Positions 1-9,539 of a stretch of 64,000 nt of DNA are shown here, piece after piece. Position 1 is the first letter of the stretch, and each line of letters opens with the position of its first letter. Origin of the DNA: a virus; IMG/VR virus record IMGVR_UViG_3300028581_000013. One strand, 5' to 3'. The translations under genes were made by a program, and so were the position numbers. The notes beneath the pieces were generated by a model, which saw only the letters and a list, made by a program, of their open reading frames with translations, did not search any database and was not told the DNA's origin.

Positions 1-294
1 GCCAGAAACGTAGCCAATACGGCTGCATCCAATACAGTTATACTTCAAGGTGTTAATGTTACTCAGAATACCAATATATCGAATTTAACTTCTTGGTTGA
101 GTTCTAATATATCTTTAATTGATGGTATTAATTCAACACAGAATACCGATATCAATACAGCAACTAATTTAGCGCAATCTGCATACAACATAGGTGTTGC
201 AGCAAATACAACAGCAAGTGCAGCAAATACAACAGCAAGTGCGGCCGCATCAACCGGCAAAGCAATTGCTCTTTCAATAATTTTTGGAGGTTAA
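1..294 (+). CDS. 3' end of a tail fibre-like structural protein (5' partial)
   Basis: Frame 1 is open from base 1 (ARNVANTAASNTVILQGVNVTQN...) to TAA at 292-294; Ala/Asn/Thr-rich, ends GKAIALSIIFGG. Confidence 0.6.
   Translation, partial: ARNVANTAASNTVILQGVNVTQNTNISNLTSWLSSNISLIDGINSTQNTDINTATNLAQSAYNIGVAANTTASAANTTASAAASTGKAIALSIIFGG
199..242 (+). repeat. 21-bp in-frame tandem repeat (GCAGCAAATACAACAGCAAGT x2, encoding AANTTAS)
   Basis: Directly visible. Confidence 0.85.
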
Positions 295-299
295 TTTAA

Positions 300-674
300 A
301 TGGCAGCACCAAATATATTATCAGTTACTTCAATTACAGGAAAATCGGTGAGTTCTCGGCCAGCTAACACAGCTACATACAGTATATTGTCTAATGCTGC
401 CAGTAGTAATCGAGTATATAAAATTAATTCAATTATATGTTCAAATCAGAATGGCGCATCGACAGTTACCGCAAACGTATTTTATAATACGGCCGCCAAT
501 GGTGCCGGTGCAAACAATGCTTTAATTCTTTTTGCAAGTGTACCTGCTCTTTCTACTTTGGTTGTATCAGACAAAACAACTTCATTTTATTTGGAAGAAA
601 ACGCTTCGATTACTGTTTCTTCAGGAACAAGTAATGGTATCTCATTCTTAGTGAGTTATGAAGATATAGCATAA
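300..674 (+). CDS. Hypothetical virion protein (beta-rich, tail-associated)
   Basis: 124-aa ORF with GGAGG SD, in the structural module. Confidence 0.6.
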   Translation: MAAPNILSVTSITGKSVSSRPANTATYSILSNAASSNRVYKINSIICSNQNGASTVTANVFYNTAANGAGANNALILFASVPALSTLVVSDKTTSFYLEENASITVSSGTSNGISFLVSYEDIA

Positions 675-676
675 TC

Positions 677-1657
677 ATGGCCAATCTAGGTAAATTTAGA
701 GGCCGAAGCGCTACCGCCAATACGACTTTTGCTTCTGGTGTATTCACACTCTCTCGGCACTATCAACAAGTAAAACAAAGCCTCTGGCCATTTCCTATAT
801 TTGGCCCAATAGATTATTTGGTTGTTGGTGGTGGCGGTGCAGGTGGTCCAGGACAAAATGCTGGCGGTTCATTTCTGGCAATAACTGGAGGTGGGGGCGG
901 AGGACAAGTTCAAGAATTACTTGCTCAATACCTTACTGGAAAAGGAGAGTTTCCTGTTACTATAGGTCCAGGAGGAACAGCACCTTATGCATCACAAACT
1001 AGTAATCCAGGTGGCAACTCAAGTTTTAACAACACAACAGCTGTTGGTGGCGGCGTTGGCGCAATATCACCAAGCACTGTTCAAAGTGGTAGTGGATCAT
1101 ATAATCCTCCTGTAGGAATAAGAGGTGGAGGTTCTTTTTATCTTCGTTCTAATGCAGGATTTCCTAAAGTATTTGCTAGAAATGCGCCTAACGGAGGATC
1201 TGCAGCATATGGAACAACTGCAACAGGCGCCACAGTTGGAGCTGGAGGTGGCGCAGGCGGGGGAGGTTCTACAACAGGCGATTATATTGGTGGAGATGGC
1301 ATCACGTCAGTTATAACAGGATTGGGTTATGGTGGAGGAGGAAACACAAGCCAATTTAGCAACATGCCGGCAACCGGATATGGTGGCACCGAATTGAGAG
1401 GCACAAAAAGCTTTTTTGGAGCAGGATACTTTACAGGACCACAACCAAATTGGGACGAAATTGGACCGAGAGCTAATTCTGGAGGTGGAGGAGCAGGTTT
1501 TAGAGGATCAGGTTTTGCTGGTCAGAGTGGGGCTGCAGGTACTGTTGTAATTCGTTATCCAACAGGAGCTTTATCTGCAACTGGTGGCACAACATCAACT
1601 AGTGGAATCTATACATTACACACGTTTACAACTAGTGGAATATTTACAGTATTATGA
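677..1657 (+). CDS. Glycine-rich tail-associated protein
   Basis: DYLVVGGGGAGG ... GTVVIRY ... HTFTTSG, typical of Gly-rich phage fibre-associated domains. Confidence 0.65.
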   Translation: MANLGKFRGRSATANTTFASGVFTLSRHYQQVKQSLWPFPIFGPIDYLVVGGGGAGGPGQNAGGSFLAITGGGGGGQVQELLAQYLTGKGEFPVTIGPGGTAPYASQTSNPGGNSSFNNTTAVGGGVGAISPSTVQSGSGSYNPPVGIRGGGSFYLRSNAGFPKVFARNAPNGGSAAYGTTATGATVGAGGGAGGGGSTTGDYIGGDGITSVITGLGYGGGGNTSQFSNMPATGYGGTELRGTKSFFGAGYFTGPQPNWDEIGPRANSGGGGAGFRGSGFAGQSGAAGTVVIRYPTGALSATGGTTSTSGIYTLHTFTTSGIFTVL

Positions 1658-1717
1658 TAGAAAATAATTTAGGTAAAACTGCCAACGGGACTTTGACAAT
1701 CAACTAAAAACTCATGG

Positions 1718-1725
1718 TATAAATA
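1718..1725 (+). promoter_or_regulatory. T4-type late promoter TATAAATA
   Basis: Exact consensus upstream of the gp13 SD (AGGAG). Confidence 0.8.
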
Positions 1726-1745
1726 CCTTAATATAGGAGATTAAT

Positions 1746-2519
1746 ATGCCGGCCGTAACAAACAGACAAACATTAAAAGAATATTGTTTGAGGAGATTAG
1801 GTTTTCCTGTTATTGAAATCAACGTAGATGAAGATCAAGTAGAAGATCGTATTGATGATGCTTTACAATATTGGCAAGATTACCATTTTGATGGCTTACA
1901 AAAAGTATACTACGTCAAATCTGTAACTCAAACAGATATTAATAACAAATACCTGGATTTTTCAAATATAAGAGATGATGCCAACAATGCACTTGAAATT
2001 GTTGGTGTGACTCGTGTATTTCCAATTACTGATTCTCAGTCAACAATTAATATGTTTGATTTAAGATATCAATTGCGTTTAAATGAATTGTATGATTTTA
2101 CTTCTGCATCATATGTTAATTACACTTTAACACAACAACATTTACGTTCTTTAGAAATTATGTTTTCTGGAGAAGTACCAATTCGTTTTCAAAGACACAT
2201 GCGAAAACTTTTTATTGACCATGCATGGGGTCGAGCAGCTGCACCAGTAGGATCAATTGTTGTTGCTGAGTGTTGGGCTAATATTAATCCTGATGTTTAC
2301 AATCGTGTGTGGAATGACCGATGGGTTAAAGAATATGCCACAGCACTTATCAAAAGAACATGGGGAAATAATTTAAAGAAGTTTTCAGGTGTTCAATTAC
2401 CAGGTGGTGTAACATTAAATGGTAAAGAAATATTTGATGAAGCTGTTAACGAAATAAAGGACCTTGAAACTGAAATGCAAGACAAGTACTCCTTACCTGT
2501 GGACTGGTACATGAACTAA
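1746..2519 (+). CDS. gp13: Neck protein gp13
   Basis: LKEYCLRRLGFPVIEINVDEDQVEDRIDDALQ, QLPGGVTLNG; synteny with gp14/gp15. Confidence 0.93.
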   Translation: MPAVTNRQTLKEYCLRRLGFPVIEINVDEDQVEDRIDDALQYWQDYHFDGLQKVYYVKSVTQTDINNKYLDFSNIRDDANNALEIVGVTRVFPITDSQSTINMFDLRYQLRLNELYDFTSASYVNYTLTQQHLRSLEIMFSGEVPIRFQRHMRKLFIDHAWGRAAAPVGSIVVAECWANINPDVYNRVWNDRWVKEYATALIKRTWGNNLKKFSGVQLPGGVTLNGKEIFDEAVNEIKDLETEMQDKYSLPVDWYMN

Positions 2520-3403
2520 TGCCAACGTCAGCTTATTTTAACAATTACAATTCTAAGCAAGAACAAAATGTAATTGAAGATTTAATTGTAGAGTCTATAA
2601 AAATTATGGGCTTTGATGCCTATTATTTGCCAAATGATAATGATGCTGCACGTGATTTACTTTATGGTGAAGATCCAGTTAAAAAGTTTAGTTCTGCTTT
2701 TCCATTAGAAATGTATCTTTCTTCTGATCCAACTGATTACATTGGACAGAAAGATATCTTTTCTAAATTTGGTTTAGAAATTAAAGACGATGTGAATGTA
2801 TTGGTATCTCGTAGGTCATTTTCACAACGAGTTCCACAGAATACATTTACACGGCCACGAGAAGGTGATTTGGTTTATGTGCCTTTTTTAAATGGTACTG
2901 GTGAATTGTTTGAAATTAAATTCACAGAACAATCAAAAGACTTTTATACACTAGGCAGAAAACAACCTTATTTCTATGAACTGTACTTAGAGAAATTTAA
3001 ATACTCACAAGAAATTATTGATACTGGTGTTGCTGATATTGATTTGGTGGTTACAAATAATGCTTACACACAATCTCTACATACTGGTGTCGGTACAGGA
3101 CGATATACAATAAAAGAAACTGTATACCAATCTATTAATAGTACACGAAATACTGCCACTGCGGTTGCTATAGTACAGAGTTGGATTCCAACTTCTAATA
3201 CATTAACAGTAACTAATATTGCTGGAGAGTTTGTTGTTGGTAGATCAATTATTGGTGCAAGCAGTAATGCTCGTTATACACTTGCAACATTTAATCCTTT
3301 AGAAGATAATACTTATAGTGAAGAATATGATAATAATTTGATTGCAACAAATGCAAATTCAATTATTGATTTTTCAGAAACTAATCCTTTTGGTAACATA
3401 TAA
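2519..3403 (+). CDS. gp14: Neck protein gp14 with an inserted C-proximal domain
   Basis: EQNVIEDLIVESIKIMG, FSKFGLEIKD, RPREGDLVY, DFSETNPFG. Confidence 0.92.
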   Translation: MPTSAYFNNYNSKQEQNVIEDLIVESIKIMGFDAYYLPNDNDAARDLLYGEDPVKKFSSAFPLEMYLSSDPTDYIGQKDIFSKFGLEIKDDVNVLVSRRSFSQRVPQNTFTRPREGDLVYVPFLNGTGELFEIKFTEQSKDFYTLGRKQPYFYELYLEKFKYSQEIIDTGVADIDLVVTNNAYTQSLHTGVGTGRYTIKETVYQSINSTRNTATAVAIVQSWIPTSNTLTVTNIAGEFVVGRSIIGASSNARYTLATFNPLEDNTYSEEYDNNLIATNANSIIDFSETNPFGNI

Positions 3404-4494
3404 TGTCCGCTATTTCATACAATAGAGTAATTCGTAAACTGGTTGTTGGCTTTGGTAATCTTTTTAAAGATATTACCTTGGTTCGTTACAATCCAGATTT
3501 AACAGAGGCACAAAGATTTCTTGTACCAATAGCTTATGCAACTAAAGAATTTTATGTTCGAAGGTTAGAAGGAGATCCTAACCTTGATAAAAAGGTTCAA
3601 GTAACTTTACCTAGAATGTCTTTTGAAATGTCTGGTTTAAATTATGATGTAGCCAGAAAATTAAATACAAATACAAAAACATTTGCAAAGACACCAGCAG
3701 GAATAGTTTCTCAATATAATCCCGTACCATATGATTTTGATTTTAATCTTTATATCTATGTTCGTAACATAGAAGATGGTACACAAATTATAGAACACAT
3801 ACTTCCATTTTTTGCACCAGATTATACAATCAAATTAAATTTGATACCTGAAATGGGTATAATTAAAGAAGTGCCTGTTGTATTAAATTCAACCACACAT
3901 GAAATACAATATGAAGGCAATAAAGAAAATGAAACTCGCTTAATTATATGGACATTAAATTTTACAGTTAAAGGATTTATCTTTGGTAAAGTATCTGATA
4001 CTGGTGGAGTAATTACACATTCAATTACTTCAATCTTTACTAAATTAACTGAAAATGAGATTATAGAATTTACAATCAATCCTAATTCAGGAATTGGAAC
4101 ATATCAAGTAGGTGAAACTGTTTATCAAGGCTACTCTGCGCCAATGGCTGTAGCTACAGGCAAAGTAGTGTTCTTTAATAACAATACATTACAGTTGCAA
4201 AATATTAATGGTAATTTTACTTCTGATTTGCCAATAAAATCCACTACCTCTGGTGCAAACTATGCGTTCACATCATTTGTTCCTCAATCACAGAAGCGTG
4301 TTCAGATAGATGTGACACCAATGCCAACAGATGCCAATGTCAGCACACCTTATGTTGCAACAGTTCAAATATCCGAAACACCAAATATTATAGAAACAAA
4401 TATATTACCAGATAATTTTGCTGGTGATTTAACTACACAAGTTGGTCGTGATGACCTACATATAGAACAAGAAAAAACAACCGATTTACATTAA
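3403..4494 (+). CDS. gp15: Tail sheath stabiliser/terminator gp15 with C-terminal extension
   Basis: TLPRMSFEM, PVPYDFDF, QIIEHILPFFAP. Confidence 0.92.
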   Translation: MSAISYNRVIRKLVVGFGNLFKDITLVRYNPDLTEAQRFLVPIAYATKEFYVRRLEGDPNLDKKVQVTLPRMSFEMSGLNYDVARKLNTNTKTFAKTPAGIVSQYNPVPYDFDFNLYIYVRNIEDGTQIIEHILPFFAPDYTIKLNLIPEMGIIKEVPVVLNSTTHEIQYEGNKENETRLIIWTLNFTVKGFIFGKVSDTGGVITHSITSIFTKLTENEIIEFTINPNSGIGTYQVGETVYQGYSAPMAVATGKVVFFNNNTLQLQNINGNFTSDLPIKSTTSGANYAFTSFVPQSQKRVQIDVTPMPTDANVSTPYVATVQISETPNIIETNILPDNFAGDLTTQVGRDDLHIEQEKTTDLH

Positions 4495-4505
4495 AGGTAA
4501 TTAAA

Positions 4506-5012
4506 ATGGCACGCACACTACAATTTAAACGATACGGTTCAGCAACATTGGCCAATACAACTGGTGCCAATGGTGAATTAATTATTAATAGTACCAATAA
4601 AACTTTAACTGTTCATGATGGTATAACTCCCGGTGGATTTACACTATTGAATGAAGCAATTGAAATAGACATTGATCAATATGCTCGTAATACTGCCAAC
4701 AGTAAATTGTCGTTAAGTGGTGGTACTGTTACTGGTAATTTAGCCGTAACAAATACAATAACATCTTCAAACATTGTTTCAAGTAACACAATCACTTCAA
4801 ACAATTTAATTGTTACTGGTGTTTTTACTGTTGATGGTGTTGTATTGCAATGGCATACACCAATACCTTTAACATCTAAAGGTGATCCAGGTGATAAAGC
4901 CGGATTTATTGCAATTGATAATGATAAATTATATCGTTGTGTGGAAAATTATACCAATGGCGCTAATAACATTTGGCGTTTTGTAAATTTTACTGGCGGC
5001 ACTTGGGGCTAA
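4506..5012 (+). CDS. Short fibre-like protein with Mtd N-terminal-like domain
   Basis: LQFKR...GANGELIINSTNKTLTVHDGITPGG resembles the major-tropism-determinant N-terminal domain. Confidence 0.6.
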   Translation: MARTLQFKRYGSATLANTTGANGELIINSTNKTLTVHDGITPGGFTLLNEAIEIDIDQYARNTANSKLSLSGGTVTGNLAVTNTITSSNIVSSNTITSNNLIVTGVFTVDGVVLQWHTPIPLTSKGDPGDKAGFIAIDNDKLYRCVENYTNGANNIWRFVNFTGGTWG

Positions 5013-5028
5013 TTAAAAGCAAAATACT

Positions 5029-5454
5029 ATGAATGACTTGAATAAAACTTTGGCCGATGTTTTTGACATTGCACCTATACCAGAAGAAAAAAAAGAAAAA
5101 CTTCCTGTATTATCGGTCAAATATAATGAACCTGATTTAAAACAGGACCTTACAGACGCCTATCAACAATCAAAAGAAAACCTACAAGGCATTATTGACC
5201 AAGGCCAAGAAGCTATGGAAGAAATACTCAACATTGCCAAAGCAGGCCAACATCCTCGTGCATTTGAAGTTTATGGCGGTATACTAAAAAATATGGTGGA
5301 TGCTAATAAAGAACTTCTGAATATACAAAAACAAATGCGTGAAATGGATGAAGAAAAGAAAAAAAATTCTGGCACCAATATTGATAAAGCAATCTTTGTT
5401 GGTTCAACATCCGAATTAAGTAAGTTATTAAAGAATAATGCCAGCAAAAACTAA
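5029..5454 (+). CDS. gp16: Terminase small subunit
   Basis: HPRAFEV, IFVGSTSELSKLL; immediately upstream of gp17. Confidence 0.9.
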   Translation: MNDLNKTLADVFDIAPIPEEKKEKLPVLSVKYNEPDLKQDLTDAYQQSKENLQGIIDQGQEAMEEILNIAKAGQHPRAFEVYGGILKNMVDANKELLNIQKQMREMDEEKKKNSGTNIDKAIFVGSTSELSKLLKNNASKN

Positions 5455-7117
5455 AGAATCGTATCGTGATAATCCTTTATTAAAAAGGGTTGGTATACAA
5501 GTTAATTTTACCAAAGAACAAGTTGATGAGTATATCAAATGTTCTAGGGATCCTATCTATTTCGCCAAATACATTAAAATTATTACACTGGACGATGGTG
5601 TAACTGATTTTAAAATGTATAATTTTCAAGAGGACATGATACGAACTTTTCATAAAAATCGTTTTACGATTATGAAATGTCCTCGACAGGTTGGAAAAAC
5701 TACCACCACGGTGGCATACCTTCTTTGGACAATACTATTTCAAGATGCACAGTCTATTGCCGTTCTGGCAAACCGAGGTGAAACTGCTCGTGGAATCCTT
5801 GGTAAATTACAACTAGCGTATGAGAACCTTCCTATGTGGTTACAGCAAGGCGTGGTTGAATGGAATAAAGGTCGAGTAGAGTTAGAGAATGGTTCAGTTA
5901 TTATCGCCTCCTCCACGTCATCCTCAGCGGCTCGTTCTGGTTCGTTTAACATTGTGTTCTTAGACGAGTTTGCTTTCGTACCATCCAATATTGCCACAGA
6001 GTTCTTTACTTCCGTATATCCAGTTATTACTGCTGGTACCAAAACAAAGATTATTATTGTTTCTACACCTAATGGTATGAATCTGTTTTACAAAATATGG
6101 ACAGATGCAATCAATAAGAAAAACAATTATGTACCTTTTGAAGTTCATTGGTCTATGGTACCTGGTCGTGATGATGCTTGGAAAGAAGAAACAATTCGTA
6201 ACACTTCTGAACACCAGTTCCGCCAAGAGTTTGAAACCGAGTTTCTAGGTTCAACCAATACTCTTATTTCTGGTACTAAATTACAAACCATGGCGTACAA
6301 AGAACCTTTGGCACACCATGACAAAATGAATATCTATGAGTATCCTATTAAAGGAGATGATGAAACCACCAAAGACCATTTATATTGTATATGTGTGGAT
6401 GTTTCAGAAGGTAGAAACTTAGATTCCTCAGCATTTTCAATTTTTGACATATCATCCACTCCATATAAACAGGTGGCAACCTACAAGAGTTCTTCAATAT
6501 CTCCAATATTGTTTCCGACCATGATTGTCAATGCAGCCAAGATGTACAATGATGCCTATATCCTTGTGGAGATAAATAATAATCCACAGGTAGCGGATAT
6601 TATACACCAAGATTTTGAATATGAGAATCTTTGGAAGATATTCACAGGTAACAAAAAACCACAACAATTATCTTCAGGCTTTGGTCGTGGTGTTCAGATG
6701 GGACTTAAAATGTCGGTTGCCGTTAAAAGAATTGGTTGTTCAAATCTGAAAACTCTGGTCGAAAGCGATAAACTATTAATACCCGATTTTGACACACTAT
6801 CTGAGTTAACCACTTTTACAGCAAGCAAAACATCTTTTGCTGCTGAGGATGGAGAAAATGATGACTTGGTGATGACTTTAGTTGTTTTTGCTTGGGTGGC
6901 CACACAAAAATACTTTAAGGAAATCGTAAGTCATGATATAAGAAAACAAATCCAGTTGGAAAACTTGAACCAGCTGGATGAAGAAATTTTACCGGCACCT
7001 ATCATTGAAGATGGTAGACAACATAATTTTGAAGTGATGGACGGTGATCTTTGGGAAGTCGCAGATGGCAATGAGGTTTATTCAGGATTCATTAGGGACT
7101 CTTTAAAAAATCTATAA
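5438..7117 (+). CDS. gp17: Terminase large subunit
   Basis: Walker A PRQVGKTT, Walker B IVFLDEFAF, IIIVSTPNG, nuclease DDLVM. Confidence 0.97.
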   Translation: MPAKTKESYRDNPLLKRVGIQVNFTKEQVDEYIKCSRDPIYFAKYIKIITLDDGVTDFKMYNFQEDMIRTFHKNRFTIMKCPRQVGKTTTTVAYLLWTILFQDAQSIAVLANRGETARGILGKLQLAYENLPMWLQQGVVEWNKGRVELENGSVIIASSTSSSAARSGSFNIVFLDEFAFVPSNIATEFFTSVYPVITAGTKTKIIIVSTPNGMNLFYKIWTDAINKKNNYVPFEVHWSMVPGRDDAWKEETIRNTSEHQFRQEFETEFLGSTNTLISGTKLQTMAYKEPLAHHDKMNIYEYPIKGDDETTKDHLYCICVDVSEGRNLDSSAFSIFDISSTPYKQVATYKSSSISPILFPTMIVNAAKMYNDAYILVEINNNPQVADIIHQDFEYENLWKIFTGNKKPQQLSSGFGRGVQMGLKMSVAVKRIGCSNLKTLVESDKLLIPDFDTLSELTTFTASKTSFAAEDGENDDLVMTLVVFAWVATQKYFKEIVSHDIRKQIQLENLNQLDEEILPAPIIEDGRQHNFEVMDGDLWEVADGNEVYSGFIRDSLKNL

Positions 7118-7128
7118 AAGTGACTATT

Positions 7129-7136
7129 CATAAATA
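7129..7136 (+). promoter_or_regulatory. Late promoter variant CATAAATA
   Basis: Intergenic, upstream of gp18. Confidence 0.65.
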
Positions 7137-7187
7137 TTAACATGGTATCTTAGTAACCAAAACAAAACAATATCAAGGAGATAACAA

Positions 7188-8900
7188 ATGGCATTTCAAA
7201 TCTCTCCAGGCGTAAATGTATCTGAAGTCGATTTAACGACAGTTGTACCTTCAGTTCTAACTACGGCCGGTGCATTTGCTGGAAAATTCGTATGGGGTCC
7301 AGGAAATAAAATAATTACTGTTGAAAATGAAGTCAATCTTGTAAAGACATTTGGTAAGCCAGATGCAAATACGTTTGCCTCGTTTTTTACAGCCGCCAGC
7401 TTTTTAGCGTATGGTAACAATCTTAAAGTAGCTCGTGCTATTGGCACTGATGCTAAAAATGCTAGTGCAAATTCTAGTGCTACTCAAACTGCGGTTGATA
7501 ATGAAGATACTTTTGAAGCTTCTTATTTAAACAATAGTAACGCCAACGCTTATGGTGCTTTTTTAGCACGTTATCCTGGTGCTTTTGGAAATTCTATTAC
7601 AGTTTCAGTTCTTGATGCTGGTGGAAATTTTAACACATGGAACGTCAACTCTGTTGGAGTTTCTTCATATTTTAATGCCGCTCCAGGTACATCAGCACAA
7701 GCTTCTGCTGCCGGTGCAGCTAACGATGAAGTTCATATTGTAGTTGTTGATTCTGGTGGTTTATTTACCGGTATTAAAAATACTATTTTAGAAGTTTATC
7801 CGTATCTTTCTAAAGGCGTAGATGCTACTGATGCTTTAGGCAATTCAAATTATTACAAAAATGTAATTTTCAATAAATCAAAATATATCTATGCTATAGA
7901 TCCAGTAAGTTATGCCACAACCAACGCCACTTGGGGTGATGCTTTGGCTAATACAAATTATGCAACAGTAGCTACATCAACCACAATTTCTTTAGGTGGT
8001 GGTGTTGAAGATACCCCCTCTGATGCAGAATTACAAACAGCGTATGCATTGTTTACTAATCCAGATGCTGTGGATGTTTCTTTAGTATTGGCAGGTGATG
8101 CTGGAAGTGCAACACAACAATATATTATTGACAATATTGCTAATGCTCGTAAAGATTGTATGGCTTTTATATCTCCTCCATCCTCTACTGTCGTTAACAA
8201 TTCTGGTTCAGAAGTTGATGATATTAAAACATGGCATACAGCGTTGGCTCGTTCGACCTCTTATGCTGTTGCTGATTGTGGTTGGAAATATATGTTTGAC
8301 AAGTATAACAACACATATCGCTATGTTCCATTAAATGGTGACATTGCTGGTACCTGTGTATATACAGACTCGGTACGTGATCCATGGTTTTCACCAGCAG
8401 GATTTAACCGTGGCAATTTAAAGAATGTTACTAAACTGTCTTGGAATCCTAATAAAACAGAAAGAGATTCTTTGTATGCCATTGGTATTAATCCAGTTGG
8501 AACTTTCCCTGGCCAAGGTACTGTGTTGTTTGGCGACAAAACACTACAAACAAAACCATCTGCATTTGACAGAATTAACGTCCGCAGATTGTTTATTGTA
8601 ATGGAGAAAGCAATATCTACAGCTGCCAAGTTCTCATTGTTTGAGTTCAATGACGAATTTACTCGCAACCAATTTGTTGCATTAGTTACACCTTTCCTCC
8701 GTGATATTCAAGGTCGCCGTGGCATCTATGACTATCGTGTTGTTTGTGATACTACAAATAATACATCACAAGTTATTGATTCCAATCAATTCGTTGGCGA
8801 TATCTATATCAAACCTGCTCGTGCAATCAACTTCATTCAGTTGAGCTTCGTAGCAGTAAGAACTGGTGTAGACTTTACTGAAATCGTTGGTAGAACTTAA
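7188..8900 (+). CDS. gp18: Tail sheath protein
   Basis: SPGVNVSEVDLT, PWFSPAGFNRG, SAFDRINVRRLF. Confidence 0.97.
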   Translation: MAFQISPGVNVSEVDLTTVVPSVLTTAGAFAGKFVWGPGNKIITVENEVNLVKTFGKPDANTFASFFTAASFLAYGNNLKVARAIGTDAKNASANSSATQTAVDNEDTFEASYLNNSNANAYGAFLARYPGAFGNSITVSVLDAGGNFNTWNVNSVGVSSYFNAAPGTSAQASAAGAANDEVHIVVVDSGGLFTGIKNTILEVYPYLSKGVDATDALGNSNYYKNVIFNKSKYIYAIDPVSYATTNATWGDALANTNYATVATSTTISLGGGVEDTPSDAELQTAYALFTNPDAVDVSLVLAGDAGSATQQYIIDNIANARKDCMAFISPPSSTVVNNSGSEVDDIKTWHTALARSTSYAVADCGWKYMFDKYNNTYRYVPLNGDIAGTCVYTDSVRDPWFSPAGFNRGNLKNVTKLSWNPNKTERDSLYAIGINPVGTFPGQGTVLFGDKTLQTKPSAFDRINVRRLFIVMEKAISTAAKFSLFEFNDEFTRNQFVALVTPFLRDIQGRRGIYDYRVVCDTTNNTSQVIDSNQFVGDIYIKPARAINFIQLSFVAVRTGVDFTEIVGRT

Positions 8901-8906
8901 TAAATA
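8899..8906 (+). promoter_or_regulatory. Late promoter variant AATAAATA
   Basis: Upstream of the gp19 SD. Confidence 0.55.
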
Positions 8907-8928
8907 ATTCAACGAATAGGAGAAAAAA

Positions 8929-9471
8929 ATGGCATTTAATGTAGCAGAATTTAGATCAAATATGATTGGTGACGGGGCCCGTCCCAATCTATTCCAGGTC
9001 TCTCTGGTATTTCCAACAATCGCCGCAGGCGGTACAGCAGCAGGTCAAAAAGCCACTTTTCAGGCTAAGTCAGCACAATTACCTGGTGCAACAATTGGTA
9101 CTGTTCCTTTATACTACTTTGGTCGTGAACTAAAGTTTGCTGGTAATAGAACATTTACTGACTGGACACTTCAGATTATTAACGATGAAGATTTTACTAT
9201 CCGCAATGCAATGGAATCTTGGATGAATTCAATTAATAGTCACGCTGGAAATTTACGTAATAGTCAAGCAGCTGCGCCTTCTGGTTACTCAGTCGATGCA
9301 CTGGTTACACAATACGGTAAAACTGGCGATGAACTGAAGTATTATAAATTTGTTGGAATGTTTCCTGTTGATATTGCTCCAATCGATTTGGATTGGGGCT
9401 CGAATGATGTTATCGAAGAATATGCGGTAACATTTGCCTATCAATGGTGGGAAGCTGAGCAGACAAGTTAA
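8929..9471 (+). CDS. gp19: Tail tube protein
   Basis: GARPNLF, GRELKFAGNRTFTDW, FAYQWW. Confidence 0.96.
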   Translation: MAFNVAEFRSNMIGDGARPNLFQVSLVFPTIAAGGTAAGQKATFQAKSAQLPGATIGTVPLYYFGRELKFAGNRTFTDWTLQIINDEDFTIRNAMESWMNSINSHAGNLRNSQAAAPSGYSVDALVTQYGKTGDELKYYKFVGMFPVDIAPIDLDWGSNDVIEEYAVTFAYQWWEAEQTS

Positions 9472-9486
9472 TATACATTATTATAC

Positions 9487-9521
9487 GGAGAGAATTTTGG
9501 TTCTCTCCATCATGTTTTTTT
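9487..9521 (+). terminator. Probable intrinsic terminator after gp19
   Basis: GGAGAGAA-TTTTGG-TTCTCTCC hairpin with a T-run shortly downstream. Confidence 0.55.
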
Positions 9522-9539
9522 GAATTGGAATAAAATACT

